Assembly (NCBI GenBank): GCA_964016885.1
Contig: OZ024755.1
Coordinates: 38,192,001 to 38,256,000, forward strand
DNA from: Eledone cirrhosa
Taxonomy: Eukaryota
Direction: 5' to 3'
Length of the DNA stretch: 64,000 nt
A program made the translations under genes and the position numbers. The notes under the pieces were generated by a model, which saw nothing but the letters and a program-made list of their open reading frames with translations, was not told the DNA's origin and ran no database searches. Of this stretch, positions 63,778-64,000 are shown piece after piece (position 1 is the stretch's first letter; every line of letters begins with the position of its first letter).

Positions 63778-64000
63778 GAAGGAGTTGTGGTAAGGCATGC
63801 AAACACTGATTGCGTAGGACTTACCTCGCCCTCAAACCCCCTAACGACCCGGGTGGGTAGACAATGGCTGAAACATCCCACTTGCCGAATAAGATAGGGG
63901 AAACCCCAGCTGACATAGGTAGATGTACCTCTTTTCTTTTCCTCTCTGTTTCCATTCTTCCCCCTGTCTCACCCTATCACTTCCTTCCACTCCCAATCTT

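Overview
Eukaryotic, AT-rich, repeat-saturated DNA. The SINE/RTE tails and microsatellite load resemble octopod cephalopod genomes; this is an inference from recalled repeat motifs, not a database search. No complete gene is visible, and nearly all ORFs in the track are microsatellite or minisatellite artefacts. The window holds tRNA-headed SINEs, RTE-type LINE fragments, piggyBac-, hAT-, Tc2- and mariner-type DNA element remnants, a decayed Penelope-like element (RT C-terminal region plus GIY-YIG), about 20 tandem arrays (many amplified from pieces of transposons) and a few candidate isolated exons. The main hidden signal is a set of short elements sitting in or next to (TA)n tracts that carry type I hammerhead ribozyme folds (stem I-CUGANGA-stem II-GAAA-palindromic stem III-UH). 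About 14 complete, variant or half motifs were read by eye. Many of these elements are inverted or folded back at fixed internal TA-rich sites or at the ribozyme hairpins. One ribozyme 5' half is amplified 13 times as a minisatellite. Separately, a 17-unit array carries a co-oriented CTCF-like motif in every unit. All folds were paired manually and coordinates of degenerate repeats are approximate.
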